Source of the DNA: Bacteriovoracaceae bacterium
GTDB lineage: Bacteria > Bdellovibrionota > Bacteriovoracia > Bacteriovoracales > Bacteriovoracaceae
Length of the DNA stretch: 64,000 nt
Direction: 5' to 3'
NCBI GenBank assembly: GCA_947461175.1
Contig: CANHIY010000001.1
Coordinates: forward strand, 1,923 to 65,922
Position 1 is the stretch's first letter, and the number at the start of each line of letters is the position of its first letter. This document shows positions 20,289 through 30,033 of the stretch, one piece after another. A model generated the notes under the pieces. The model ran no database searches. It saw nothing but the letters and a program-made list of their open reading frames with translations, and was not told where the DNA came from. Made by a program: the position numbers and the translations under genes.

Positions 20289-21555
20289 TCTTAGCTAAAA
20301 TGTTTTTAATCGTTTTTGGGCTCACTCTGAGTTTTTTTGAGGCCAAATTGATATTACCATCATACATAAACACAGCTTTTTTTATGTATTCGTCTCTGAA
20401 ATTTGTCATTGGGAGAATCTCATTTTTTTCATTTAAATTAAACAAATCAGAACTTTGAAGCATGAGGTCTTCATCTAAATAATCGAAATCTATTTTGGTT
20501 GAACGCGACAGAACCATTTTTTTTTCCAGATGACCAAAGAGTTGCCTGAGATTTCCTGGCCAGGCCAATGTTTCATAGAAATCACTTAGTCTCTTTGAAA
20601 AGGAGATGTTATTTTTCAGGGAGAAATAATCCATTGCAGACTTTATTTTTTCAGTTTCATTTCTTAAAGGTGAGAGATCTGTGGTGTGGCCCGATTTCAA
20701 TCTGTAGTAAAAATCTCGTCTAAAACTCCCCTGCTGAACTAAAGTTTCCAAAGATCTTCCTGAGGCAAAAATCATTCTCGCCTTGATTTTTATTTCCTTC
20801 ACCTCCCCTACTTTCCTGAAGCTGTGGCTATCAAGAAATGTGAGGAGTTTGGTTTGAAGCTCCATTGGCAGTGAATCAATCTCATCTAAGAAAAGGGTCC
20901 CGTTTTCCGCCTCCTCAAAGGCACCCGTTCTATCAACATAGGCACCAGTAAATGACCCTTTCTTGTGACCAAACAATTCAGATTCTATAATTTGAGGATT
21001 AAAGGAAGATAAGTTTACAGGAACAAACTTTCCGGATCGACCACTCTTTTCGTGGATTCTGGAGGCAAGATAAGTTTTACCAGTTCCAGTTTCTCCCTGG
21101 ATAAGAATTTTAAGTTGGGAGGTAACTAAGGCTTGATCCAAAAGCAAGGGGTGATCAAAACTACGACTGACCCTTTCTCTAAGGTCAAATGGGTCAAAGT
21201 TGACTTTGTTATCATCTATATAAATCCTGTCCATCCTCTCAATATAGGCTTCTCGAGCGGCGGACCCATTTAACCAATAAGGATTACCTTTAATTGTTTT
21301 CAAAACAAATCGTCCCTGATTATGAGGATCATCCAGCTCAAGTCGATAATGAAACGGGTTCACATCTGTTTTAGGTAATTCGATGTAACTCATTGACAAG
21401 TTATCCGGCCGGTATTTCGATGAAACAAGATCAATGCAGTGACGACTTAAAGTGAACGCTTTTTTATTACCAATTGACGGATGGATACTACAACTATCTC
21501 CTAGTCTTACTCCGCTGGTTTCAATTTGTTTTCTCATTAAATTTCGCTGGTACAT
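20266..21555 (-). CDS. Sigma-54 dependent AAA+ transcriptional activator (no receiver domain)
   Basis: GETGTGKT, ESELFGHKKGSFTGA, LFLDEID, FRRDFYYRL, WPGNLRQL, C-terminal Fis-type HTH. Confidence 0.9.
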   Translation of the reverse strand: MYQRNLMRKQIETSGVRLGDSCSIHPSIGNKKAFTLSRHCIDLVSSKYRPDNLSMSYIELPKTDVNPFHYRLELDDPHNQGRFVLKTIKGNPYWLNGSAAREAYIERMDRIYIDDNKVNFDPFDLRERVSRSFDHPLLLDQALVTSQLKILIQGETGTGKTYLASRIHEKSGRSGKFVPVNLSSFNPQIIESELFGHKKGSFTGAYVDRTGAFEEAENGTLFLDEIDSLPMELQTKLLTFLDSHSFRKVGEVKEIKIKARMIFASGRSLETLVQQGSFRRDFYYRLKSGHTTDLSPLRNETEKIKSAMDYFSLKNNISFSKRLSDFYETLAWPGNLRQLFGHLEKKMVLSRSTKIDFDYLDEDLMLQSSDLFNLNEKNEILPMTNFRDEYIKKAVFMYDGNINLASKKLRVSPKTIKNILAKTNSPGCK

Positions 21556-21643
21556 TTTTACTCCTGACTTAAATTAAAAGACGCAAGGACAGACTTTTCT
21601 GATAAGATTAAGCAATTGAAAATAATAAAATCAGGATAGAGGC

Positions 21644-22300
21644 ATGAATATTCAAAAAGGAAAAACTGAATTCCTCATGGGAATTGATAATATTGAACAA
21701 CTTCAGCAGTGGTTAAACGAACATCCCTTTGCCAGCGGCATTGCATTTATTGGCCGTTCCAATGTTGGAAAATCTTCGCTTATCAATTCTCTATTCGGAA
21801 AAAATACTGCTCGTGTTTCCAAAACACCCGGCAGAACAAGGCAAGTCAATATTTTCGATTTCATAGTTGAAAATAAGGAAATCAAATCTTTGGAGCACTT
21901 TTATCTGTTTGATGTTCCAGGATATGGACATGCCGAGGTTTCAAAAGAGATGGCCTTTAACTGGCAAAACTTACTAGATACTTTTTTTCATCTTTGTAGC
22001 CAGAAAATTCTTCTTTTAAATATTCAGGACGCAAGACACCCCCTCCAGGAAAGTGATGTCATCTTCCATGAATATATTAAGTCATTTAGTCTGGAAACCT
22101 ATCTCCTCTTCAACAAGATAGATAAACTAAAAACGCAGAGTGAAAAGGCGAAATTAAAAGCCCAGATGCCTGAAATTTACAAAAAGTTTAAATGGGTAAA
22201 GCAAATTCATTTCACCTCTGCCGAAAAGGGAGACGGTATTCCATCTGTTGAACTGGCGATCATTAATTTTGTTAAACGCTATAGCCAGCTGGCCGACTAA
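21644..22300 (+). CDS. engB: Ribosome biogenesis GTPase YihA/YsxC
   Basis: GRSNVGKSSLIN, SKTPGRT, DVPGYG, NKID, FTSA. Confidence 0.93.
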   Translation: MNIQKGKTEFLMGIDNIEQLQQWLNEHPFASGIAFIGRSNVGKSSLINSLFGKNTARVSKTPGRTRQVNIFDFIVENKEIKSLEHFYLFDVPGYGHAEVSKEMAFNWQNLLDTFFHLCSQKILLLNIQDARHPLQESDVIFHEYIKSFSLETYLLFNKIDKLKTQSEKAKLKAQMPEIYKKFKWVKQIHFTSAEKGDGIPSVELAIINFVKRYSQLAD

Positions 22301-22362
22301 AAAAATCCGGAATAAACCATCATCTGGAGTAACGAGACACTTCAAGATATAATTTATGTACT

Positions 22363-23253
22363 ATGTTTAACTTAAATAATTTTCTTCTTTCACCGGAAGA
22401 TGATCAAAAAATTTCAGATGTTTTTCATGAATTACGTGAGAGATACAAAGATTATAAAGATCCCTGGGGTTTTAATCTAGACCTCTGTGAGAAAGCTGTC
22501 AAAAAACTTCTTCCGATCTACCGCTCATATTTTAAAGTGAGAGTTTTTGGTGCCGAAAACGTTCAGGATAAATCTTATATTGTGGTTTCTAATCATTCCG
22601 GACAAGTTCCCATAGATGGCATGCTGATCACCATGGCCCTTCTCATGGATGTCTCTCCCCCCAGAGTTTTAAGGGCCATGATTGAGAGATTCATGGCGCA
22701 GCTTCCCTTTTTAGGTGATCTTACTGCACAAACAGGCTCAATCTTAGGAGACAGGGCAAACTGTTCTTATCTTATTGAGAGAGGAGAATCCATCCTCGTT
22801 TTTCCTGAAGGTGTTAGAGGTATTTCAAAAAGCACTCCAGATTTTTACAAATTAAGGCACTTCTCTGAAGGCTTTTATCGAATTGCTCTTCAAAAGAAAA
22901 CGGCAATCCTACCAGTTTGTGTGATTGGAGCTGAAGAAATGTTTCCTTTTGTTTTTCACTCAAAAAAATTTGCGAACCTCCTGAACGTTCCGGCACTCCC
23001 TTTCACTGCCAATTTAGTACCACTACCCTCACCTATTGATATCTACATTGGTAAAGAAATTCCGATTCCGGATCAACTCGAGAAAGAAGCTCTGGATAAA
23101 GACATAAAAGAAAATATCTTCCACATCGAAAACACCATTAAGAGAATGATTATAAGAGGTCTTAAGCATCGAAGACCTTTCTTTGACCCAATCAGAAGAC
23201 CAATTTCAAAATTCGTTATTAAAGAGTTTAAAACAAGGCCTTCTCATGAGTAA
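22363..23253 (+). CDS. Lysophospholipid/PlsC-family acyltransferase
   Basis: NHSGQVPID, VFPEGVRG, VIGAEE. Confidence 0.85.
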   Translation: MFNLNNFLLSPEDDQKISDVFHELRERYKDYKDPWGFNLDLCEKAVKKLLPIYRSYFKVRVFGAENVQDKSYIVVSNHSGQVPIDGMLITMALLMDVSPPRVLRAMIERFMAQLPFLGDLTAQTGSILGDRANCSYLIERGESILVFPEGVRGISKSTPDFYKLRHFSEGFYRIALQKKTAILPVCVIGAEEMFPFVFHSKKFANLLNVPALPFTANLVPLPSPIDIYIGKEIPIPDQLEKEALDKDIKENIFHIENTIKRMIIRGLKHRRPFFDPIRRPISKFVIKEFKTRPSHE

Positions 23254-24202
23254 GCAGCAAAAAATTCTCATCATTGGGATTGCTGGTGGTCTTGCCCAAA
23301 TGACAGCGAGACTTATTCTGACGGAACATCCGGATTGGGAGATCCTTGGAATTGACTCTAGAGATGTAAGCAAAGTGACTCAAATGAAGGGACTCTCTGC
23401 TATCAACATGAAGTACTCAAGGGGCAATTTTGAAAATCTTTTTCGAACCCACGATTTCGATATCGTTTATCATCTTGGGAGAATAAGCCATTCATCTAAT
23501 GAACAAAATGTTCTCGCCAAAAGGATTGATTTGTCCGTCATGGGGACTAGCCGGATTCTTGATCTGTGTGAAAGATCTGGAGTAAAAAAAGTTATCATCC
23601 TATCTACCTTTCACGTCTATGGTGCCCTTCCAGATAATTCCATCTTTCTTGGTGAAGATGCTCCTCTTAGGGCCAGCATACGCCATCCAGAACTTAGAGA
23701 TGTGATAGAAATGGATCAGATGTGTACCTCATGGATGTGGAAAAATCAAAAAAATATTTCCACTGTGGTCCTAAGACCTTGTAACATTATTGGAACACAA
23801 ATCCAGAATGCCATGACAAGGTTTCTCTCCGGTCCGGTGGCCCTAAAGCCTGTAGACTACAATCCGTTTTTTCAGTTCATCCATGAATTTGACATGGCCC
23901 ACATCCTATACAAATCAATGGATTCAATCCCCACTGGAACTTATAATGTGGCCGGTGATGATTTTATTTCTTTGCGAGACGCCCTAAAGATTGTGGGGAC
24001 CAAGGGTGTTCCTTTCCCTATGGTTTTAGCTGGGGGGTTGAACGAAGTTTTAAAAAAATTCAATATCAATGTCCCTGATTATCTTATTGATTATTTAAAG
24101 TTTTCTTGCCTCATTTCTCCTAGTGAGCTCAAAAAACACCTAGGCCCAAAATTTCTTAGATTTTCCATCCAGGAAACCCTGGAATTGATAAAATTACGCT
24201 AA
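23246..24202 (+). CDS. NAD-dependent epimerase/dehydratase (extended SDR)
   Basis: IIGIAGGLA, VYHLG, STFHVYG, VLRPCNIIG, QFIHEFD, YNVAG. Start set at MSKQ. Confidence 0.8.
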   Translation: MSKQQKILIIGIAGGLAQMTARLILTEHPDWEILGIDSRDVSKVTQMKGLSAINMKYSRGNFENLFRTHDFDIVYHLGRISHSSNEQNVLAKRIDLSVMGTSRILDLCERSGVKKVIILSTFHVYGALPDNSIFLGEDAPLRASIRHPELRDVIEMDQMCTSWMWKNQKNISTVVLRPCNIIGTQIQNAMTRFLSGPVALKPVDYNPFFQFIHEFDMAHILYKSMDSIPTGTYNVAGDDFISLRDALKIVGTKGVPFPMVLAGGLNEVLKKFNINVPDYLIDYLKFSCLISPSELKKHLGPKFLRFSIQETLELIKLR

Positions 24203-24220
24203 GCAAATTTTAGGCTTTCA

Positions 24221-24249
24221 TTGACGAATAAGGTCCATCTCATTAGTAT
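24221..24249 (+). promoter_or_regulatory. Sigma70-like promoter for tRNA-Leu
   Basis: TTGACG-17 nt-TAGTAT, ending 13 nt upstream of the tRNA. Confidence 0.65.
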
Positions 24250-24262
24250 CAATTATTCAAGT

Positions 24263-24348
24263 GGCTTCCTGGCGGAACGGTAGACGCAGCGGATTCAAAA
24301 TCCGCCGCACGCAAGTGTGTCCGAGTTCGAGTCTCGGGGGAGCCACCA
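24263..24348 (+). tRNA. tRNA-Leu (anticodon CAA)
   Basis: Acceptor GGCTTCC/GGGAGCC plus ACCA; anticodon arm GCGGA-TTCAAAA-TCCGC; long variable arm; GTTCGAGT T-loop. Confidence 0.95.
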
Positions 24349-24377
24349 CTTCCAATGAAATTGACCAAGAGGGCTTT

Positions 24378-24803
24378 ATGTCCAATACGAATCTTAGATG
24401 GATCCAAAGACTGAGTAATTTTTCTCGAGCTCTTCTTCAACTTGAAAATGCAGTTAATTTAGCAAAAGAAAGAGAACTAACGGATCTTGAGAAGCAAGGA
24501 CTTATCCAAGCATTTGAGTTTACGCATGAATTATCTTGGAACGTCATAAAAGATTACCTTACCTACCAAGGAGGGGCAGAACTCATTACTGGTTCAAGAG
24601 ATGCTACAAGAGAGGCTTTTAACAGAGGGCTTCTTGAAAATGGTGAAGCCTGGATGGAGATGATTAAAAGCAGAAACAAGACCTCTCATACTTATGATTT
24701 AAAGGTGGCCGACGATATTGTCGAAAAAATATTAAGTCCCTACTTTCCTCTTTTTAAAAGTTTTCACTCAACAATGGAAAAAATTTCCAAAGATGATAAA
24801 TAA
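24378..24803 (+). CDS. HEPN toxin / nucleotidyltransferase substrate-binding protein (HI0074-like)
   Basis: RWIQRLSNF, GLIQAFEFTHELSW, RNKTSHTY (RX4HXY). True start is 24378; the track ORF extends spuriously through the tRNA. Confidence 0.88.
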   Translation: MSNTNLRWIQRLSNFSRALLQLENAVNLAKERELTDLEKQGLIQAFEFTHELSWNVIKDYLTYQGGAELITGSRDATREAFNRGLLENGEAWMEMIKSRNKTSHTYDLKVADDIVEKILSPYFPLFKSFHSTMEKISKDDK

Positions 24804-25113
24804 TAAGTTTGGCCTGAGTGAGAACTCACTCAAATCAATATTATCTGTACTCTCAATAAATACAAAAATAAGATCTGCTCGAATTTATGGTTCAAGGGCA
24901 ATGGGAAATTACAGAGAGGGCTCTGATATAGATCTCGTTCTGATTGGTGATGAATTAAGCACGACAGATCTTCTGAAAATCGAAAATGATCTTGATGATC
25001 TCTTACTTCCATACAAGATTGATCTTGCTTTGCTTCATCAAATTAAGAATGAAGATCTTAAAAATCACATCAAGAATTTTTCAGTTTTAATTTACTCTTC
25101 CCAACTCAATTGA
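24793..25113 (+). CDS. Minimal nucleotidyltransferase (MNT) antitoxin
   Basis: YGSRAMGNYREGSDID (GSX10DXD), LPYKIDL; overlaps the HEPN stop. Confidence 0.9.
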   Translation: MINNKFGLSENSLKSILSVLSINTKIRSARIYGSRAMGNYREGSDIDLVLIGDELSTTDLLKIENDLDDLLLPYKIDLALLHQIKNEDLKNHIKNFSVLIYSSQLN

Positions 25114-25117
25114 AATT

Positions 25118-25825
25118 TTATCTAGTGATCATGAGAATTTTCTGTCTTTCTTTTTCAGAAAATTTTTCTATGGCATACCTTAACATGGTCCGGGGCATTT
25201 TTTTTCCATGAAGACTAAGGAATTTTCGAAGGGCCTTTTCGTCCCTCTTTCCTGCTTCCCTTAACATCCAGCCAGTGGCTTTATGCATAAGGTCTTCTTT
25301 ATCGTTAAGTAATTTTTGGGCATAAACAAATGTAAGTTTTGTCACACTATTCCTGATAAAACTTAGTGTTCCGACAATGGCCATCCTTCGATCCCAGTGC
25401 CTTGTGGAATTTAAGAGTTCATCCATGAATTCATGATCATTATTTTCAAGACAAAAATCTCCCATAAGAACGGGGGAAGAAAGATCAACCAAATCCCAGT
25501 TGTTCACAAAAGCTCTATTCTTTGTATAGGTATTAAAAAGTTCAATCTTAAGCTGTTTGTCCCCTTTTTTAAACTGATTCACCATTAAGACAAGGGAAAG
25601 AAGTCTTTCCTCGTGAATCGGACTCTTCAATAGTTTAACCAAATCTTTTATGGATGTTTGTGGATAAATCTTGGCTATTTCTCTGATGTCCGGATTGGAT
25701 ACTCCAATGAAGATATCTCCTTCAGAGTATTGCCCCTTGCCGGTTTTAAAAAACCCCATTGTTCTTAAGGCCCTCTCTTGAGTAGACTTTTTCTTGAGTT
25801 CAAGTTGCAATATTTTGTAATTCAT
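25118..25825 (-). CDS. DNA alkylation repair protein (AlkD-like)
   Basis: FFKTGKGQY.EGD.FIGV, NNWDLVD, KATGWMLRE.GK, MPRTMLRYAIEK. Confidence 0.9.
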   Translation of the reverse strand: MNYKILQLELKKKSTQERALRTMGFFKTGKGQYSEGDIFIGVSNPDIREIAKIYPQTSIKDLVKLLKSPIHEERLLSLVLMVNQFKKGDKQLKIELFNTYTKNRAFVNNWDLVDLSSPVLMGDFCLENNDHEFMDELLNSTRHWDRRMAIVGTLSFIRNSVTKLTFVYAQKLLNDKEDLMHKATGWMLREAGKRDEKALRKFLSLHGKKMPRTMLRYAIEKFSEKERQKILMITR

Positions 25826-25840
25826 CCATGGACCTTTGAC

Positions 25841-26182
25841 TTATTTGTCACTATAAAAGTCCTTCGCCTTTTTTACAAGTTCTATTAAAAAAGGTCTCAT
25901 CCTTATTCTTACTTCACGGGAAGATGCCTCAAGAAGCTGAACATGATCTTCTTTTATATAGAGGAGTTTTTGTGAATGAGAATCCCATTTAATGACCTCA
26001 CTATCACTCACCTCCATATTAATATCAGGTATACCATCACAAAACATGAGAGTCAGATATCTGATATCCCTCTGTGCTTCAAAAGCTTTTTGAGTTAATA
26101 TTTTCTCTTCCCTTAATCTGGTTTTCTTCATATCAAATAAAGAAACCAATTCATTGGTCAGAGAGTTATTTTCTTCGCCCAT
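25841..26182 (-). CDS. Hypothetical protein
   Basis: 113-aa ORF preceded by AAGGAG RBS. Confidence 0.65.
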   Translation of the reverse strand: MGEENNSLTNELVSLFDMKKTRLREEKILTQKAFEAQRDIRYLTLMFCDGIPDINMEVSDSEVIKWDSHSQKLLYIKEDHVQLLEASSREVRIRMRPFLIELVKKAKDFYSDK

Positions 26183-26431
26183 ACATACTCCTTCAATGTG
26201 AACAGAACAAATTTTGCCATGGCGACAGGGCGAGTAAAAGAGATAATGGTCCCATCTTTAAATCAAATAATTTTTCTCATCTATTTTTTTAAATAAAATT
26301 ATCAAACTTGCGGAAATCTCATTCATTTAGAATTCCGACAAAAAAAACAAGTTTAAGATGCCAAATAATAAATATTCTTACTGGCATTAATCTTTCTTTC
26401 CGCATCGATTGTTAAATTTTATAATTTTAAA

Positions 26432-27250
26432 ATGTATAGTTTCATTCTTTTTTTTATTTCAATTTTTGCAGGATTACTAGGGTCTCTTTTAGGTCTAGGA
26501 GGTGGAATTATAATTGTTCCAGCCCTCACTTTGTTGTTTAAGGTTGATATTAGATATGCGGTGGCCGCTAGCCTGATTTCTATCATTGCTACCTCTTCCA
26601 CTGGAGCAGGTAACTTCATTAAAGAGAAACTCACCAACATTAGAGTTGCCGTTTTACTGGAACTTGGCACTGTAGCGGGAGCTTTAACAGGTTACTTTAT
26701 CTCATCTGAAATTAATGCCAAATGGCTCTATTTAATTTTTGGTTTTTTTCTTATTTTCTCAGCTCTGATGATGATAAGAAGACGTGGTGATCAAATCTTA
26801 AGTCATCCTCATCCCTGGTCATTAAAGCTAGGTCTTTCTGGAACCTACTCTGATGGAAAAGAAGAACCTACTCCCTATCATGTTGCTAATGTACCCTTCG
26901 GACTTTTTAGTATGTATTTTGCAGGAATTCTATCTGCCCTCTTAGGAATTGGAAGTGGCATTTTTAAAGTCATGGCGATGGACAGTGCCATGAAACTCCC
27001 CATCAAGGTTTCAACAGCAACTTCAAATTTCATGATCGGAGTTACTGCCGCCGCCAGTGCAGGGGCCTATTTCCTTAAGGGGGATATGAGACCTGAAATC
27101 ACCTCTCCCGTTGCCCTTGGTATTTTTCTAGGCTCCTGGGTAGGAGGTAGGATGATGACAAAAATTCAAATATCACATCTCAGAAAATTATTTGTCGTCA
27201 TCCTCTTAGTTGTTTCTTTCCAAATGATTTTAAAAGGAATCAAACTATGA
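26432..27250 (+). CDS. TauE/SafE (TSUP) family exporter
   Basis: GSLLGLGGGIIIVP, SALLGIGSG, STATSNFMIG. Confidence 0.9.
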   Translation: MYSFILFFISIFAGLLGSLLGLGGGIIIVPALTLLFKVDIRYAVAASLISIIATSSTGAGNFIKEKLTNIRVAVLLELGTVAGALTGYFISSEINAKWLYLIFGFFLIFSALMMIRRRGDQILSHPHPWSLKLGLSGTYSDGKEEPTPYHVANVPFGLFSMYFAGILSALLGIGSGIFKVMAMDSAMKLPIKVSTATSNFMIGVTAAASAGAYFLKGDMRPEITSPVALGIFLGSWVGGRMMTKIQISHLRKLFVVILLVVSFQMILKGIKL

Positions 27251-27606
27251 ACGGACGGGAAATTTTTATAGCCCGATTTTTGAAATGGGGAGTCCTTATT
27301 TCAGGCTTTCTGATGTTTGTAGGTCTATTAAAATCTATTAAGATTTCAGGGAATCCATTTTTTAATTTTCAGACCTACGATCAAATTCCTCTCTCTGAAT
27401 TAATCACCTATTACACTAAAATCCAAGATTGGGGCACCCTTTGTTCTTACGTTGGTCTTGGTCTTCTAATTCTTCTTCCCTTCATAAGGGTCTGTATAAC
27501 CATTTTTATTTTTTTTAAGAATAAAGAATATGCTCTCTCAGGAATTGCCTTCACCGTTTTCATGGGTCTCATTTTTGGACTGTATCTGGGATTTAAGAGC
27601 TACTAA
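27247..27606 (+). CDS. DUF1634-like membrane protein
   Basis: Three TMs, GLLILLPFIRV; ATGA-coupled to TauE, a common pairing. Confidence 0.75.
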   Translation: MNGREIFIARFLKWGVLISGFLMFVGLLKSIKISGNPFFNFQTYDQIPLSELITYYTKIQDWGTLCSYVGLGLLILLPFIRVCITIFIFFKNKEYALSGIAFTVFMGLIFGLYLGFKSY

Positions 27607-27608
27607 TT

Positions 27609-28388
27609 CTAGAAGCTCATTTTCACTATGCCCTGGAGAACTTTTTCATCTTTATGGGAGAACTGAAACCTGTTTAAGGCATAAGAGTACTCCACACCAA
27701 TTTCTAAAGTATCTTTTTTATTTCTTAGTAGGTGACCTAAGTCATATAAGAGCTGAGGCTGAGTGATTAAAAATCTCCCCTTCGGGTCCAGAGCTGAAAG
27801 ATTTTTATTATTGTTATTACCATCCCAAGGGGAGGTGGCAAGGAATCCGGTAAACTTAAACCGATTTTTCTCAAGAAATTCATAAGTCATTTGCCAAAAC
27901 AACCCAATCTGAAACCCTACTCCCGCAACATCGGGATTATCTCTTAAAACAGTATTAATACTTAAAAAATCAAATCCTGGAACAGAAAGATCGTACTGAA
28001 GACCATAAAAATAATTTTGAAAGTTCGCAAATCCCAAGGCAGAACCATTTTCTATTTCTCCCCTCAGAGAGATGTCTCGAACAATTCCAAAGTTTAAATT
28101 TTTGCCCGTTAATCTACTTAAACTTAGCGTGGGGGCCAGTCCGCCAAAAAATTGATTGGAATAATAATTTGGTCCACTATCATCGCCGGTTGGTTCTGTA
28201 ATATCATAGTAAAAAAAGACAGTACCATATTCCCAGACAGAAAAATTCTCTAAGGTCATAGTGGTTCTTGAAGCGCGATACCCCTGGTCATCTGTGAAAT
28301 TGTCACCTTTTAAAACTGATATACTTGCGGCCTGTACACCGGCACATAAAAAGATACCGATGAAAACGGTTCCAAGATGCTTAAGCAT
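27609..28388 (-). CDS. Tsx/OmpK-like nucleoside-specific outer-membrane channel
   Basis: Signal peptide, TMTLENFSVWEYGTVFFYYD, QPQLLYDLG, GVEYSY, terminal Phe. Confidence 0.75.
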   Translation of the reverse strand: MLKHLGTVFIGIFLCAGVQAASISVLKGDNFTDDQGYRASRTTMTLENFSVWEYGTVFFYYDITEPTGDDSGPNYYSNQFFGGLAPTLSLSRLTGKNLNFGIVRDISLRGEIENGSALGFANFQNYFYGLQYDLSVPGFDFLSINTVLRDNPDVAGVGFQIGLFWQMTYEFLEKNRFKFTGFLATSPWDGNNNNKNLSALDPKGRFLITQPQLLYDLGHLLRNKKDTLEIGVEYSYALNRFQFSHKDEKVLQGIVKMSF

Positions 28389-28515
28389 ATGTAAACTCCA
28401 AAAGTTATAAATCCCATTAAAAAGTTTATGTACACTATAAGGAATTTTTTATCCTTATAGGGGCGATATTAGTTTTTATGGTAAAATTTCCATACAGACG
28501 CCTCCAGGAGGGAGC

Positions 28516-28974
28516 ATGAAATTCTTACCTATAACATGCCTACTGATCCTTTTAAGCTGTGCCCATGATCGTCAACCGGCTTCAAGTGAAAATTCAGTCA
28601 TTGCCCATAGTTCTATGGCCCTAGGGAACATAAAGGCCAGTGCCGTAAAGGTCAGGGAAAATAAAGACGTATGTTTTGATATCAGTCTAAAAATGAAAGG
28701 GGTAGAGCAACGGGACGCCTCTTCGGCCAATTGGACACTGGCCTGGGTGGATAAAGATTCTCGGTACCACCTTTTAAATCTTAGTCAAAGGGACCCTGCC
28801 TCAGTACCAGTTGGTGGTCAAAAAATTGCTCCTTATGGAGCCTATGAAGAATGGACAAATGATTTTAGAACCTGTGCCCCGAATGCCCGTATTGAGGATA
28901 TAAAATCCATCGTCCTGACACCCAGGTCTCTACCCTATAAAAAACATGAGGGAATGGTTCTGGAGTGGAGGTAA
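28516..28974 (+). CDS. Lipoprotein of unknown function
   Basis: Lipobox LLSC, RQPAS motif, GGAGG RBS. Confidence 0.7.
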   Translation: MKFLPITCLLILLSCAHDRQPASSENSVIAHSSMALGNIKASAVKVRENKDVCFDISLKMKGVEQRDASSANWTLAWVDKDSRYHLLNLSQRDPASVPVGGQKIAPYGAYEEWTNDFRTCAPNARIEDIKSIVLTPRSLPYKKHEGMVLEWR

Positions 28975-28996
28975 AAAAAGGGCCCAAAGGGCCCTT
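28973..28996 (-). terminator. Rho-independent terminator between convergent genes
   Basis: AAGGGCCC-AAA-GGGCCCTT hairpin with A7 on its left (U-tail on the minus strand). Confidence 0.75.
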
Positions 28997-29002
28997 AGGT
29001 CA

Positions 29003-29938
29003 TTATTTAATAACTTTCAGTTTTTTTCGGTTACTGATAATGGAAGCCAGAACAGAAATCAAAAGCACTATGAATATGACTGCCATGGTGAAATATACCG
29101 GCATATGATACCAATGGATAATGAGCATCTTAAATCCAATAAACATCAAAATCACGGCAAGCCCATACTTAAGATAATGAAACATATCTGCAAAACCCTT
29201 TAAGGCAAAGTACAAAGACCTAAGACCCAAGATGGCAAAAACGTTAGACGTAAAAACCAGGAATGGATCACTGGTGATACCAATAATCGCAGGGATTGAG
29301 TCAATGGCAAAAACCAGGTCAGAGAATTCTACAAAAATCAAGGTGATGAATAAGGGAGTAATCATCCAAACACCATTTTGTTTAACAAAAAATTTGTCCT
29401 CATGAAAATGAGGAGTTGTAGGAAAAATCTTTTTTGTCCATGCAATAACCCAACTTTTTTCCAGATCATGTTCATCCGACTGTGGCATGAGCATTTTGAT
29501 TCCAGAAAAGACTAAGAAAGCACCAAAGATATAAATCACCCATGTGAAATTTTTGAGAATCGCAATACCCGCCCAAATAAAGAGAGCGCGCATAATGAGG
29601 GCACCAAGGATCCCATAGAATAAGACTTTATGCTGATATTGATTAGGAATTTTGAAATAACTAAAAATAAGAAGAAACACAAACAGATTATCCACAGAAA
29701 GTGATTTTTCAATGACATAGCCCGTGAGAAAGAGCATGAAATCTTCCTGCCCCCTCCAGTAAAGAATGATCACATTAAAGGCCAATGCCAATGCAATCCA
29801 GACCCCGGACCAAATAATTGATTCTTTAAATCCCACAGAATGGGATTTTTTATGAAAGACTCCCAGGTCTAAAAGGAGAACAACTAGAATAAAAAGAACA
29901 AATCCAATCCAAACCGCAAGTGAAGTCTCATGATGCAT
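29003..29938 (-). CDS. TerC/Alx family membrane protein
   Basis: GYVIEKSLSVDNLFVF, QHKVLFYGILGA, DLVFAIDSIPA, SNVFAILGLRSLYF. Confidence 0.93.
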   Translation of the reverse strand: MHHETSLAVWIGFVLFILVVLLLDLGVFHKKSHSVGFKESIIWSGVWIALALAFNVIILYWRGQEDFMLFLTGYVIEKSLSVDNLFVFLLIFSYFKIPNQYQHKVLFYGILGALIMRALFIWAGIAILKNFTWVIYIFGAFLVFSGIKMLMPQSDEHDLEKSWVIAWTKKIFPTTPHFHEDKFFVKQNGVWMITPLFITLIFVEFSDLVFAIDSIPAIIGITSDPFLVFTSNVFAILGLRSLYFALKGFADMFHYLKYGLAVILMFIGFKMLIIHWYHMPVYFTMAVIFIVLLISVLASIISNRKKLKVIK

Positions 29939-30033
29939 ATAATTTACCCCAGACTAATTTTTGTGGTATTGTAATCTCCAATTTAAATAGTTGTCATTGA
30001 AATTGAAATGTCGACTTTACGGATAAAAGCATC

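Noticed and set aside
24261-24377. N-terminal 39-aa extension of the HEPN ORF in the track
   Set aside because: It is a translation of the tRNA-Leu gene; family similarity and the RBS point to ATG 24378.
24330-25200. att duplication of the tRNA-Leu 3' end around the HEPN-MNT pair
   Set aside because: I could not find a second copy of the tRNA 3' end downstream, so no island boundary is called.
29939-30033. yybP-ykoY Mn riboswitch upstream of terC
   Set aside because: The intergenic region is short, AT-rich, shared with a divergent gene, and lacks the expected paired stems.
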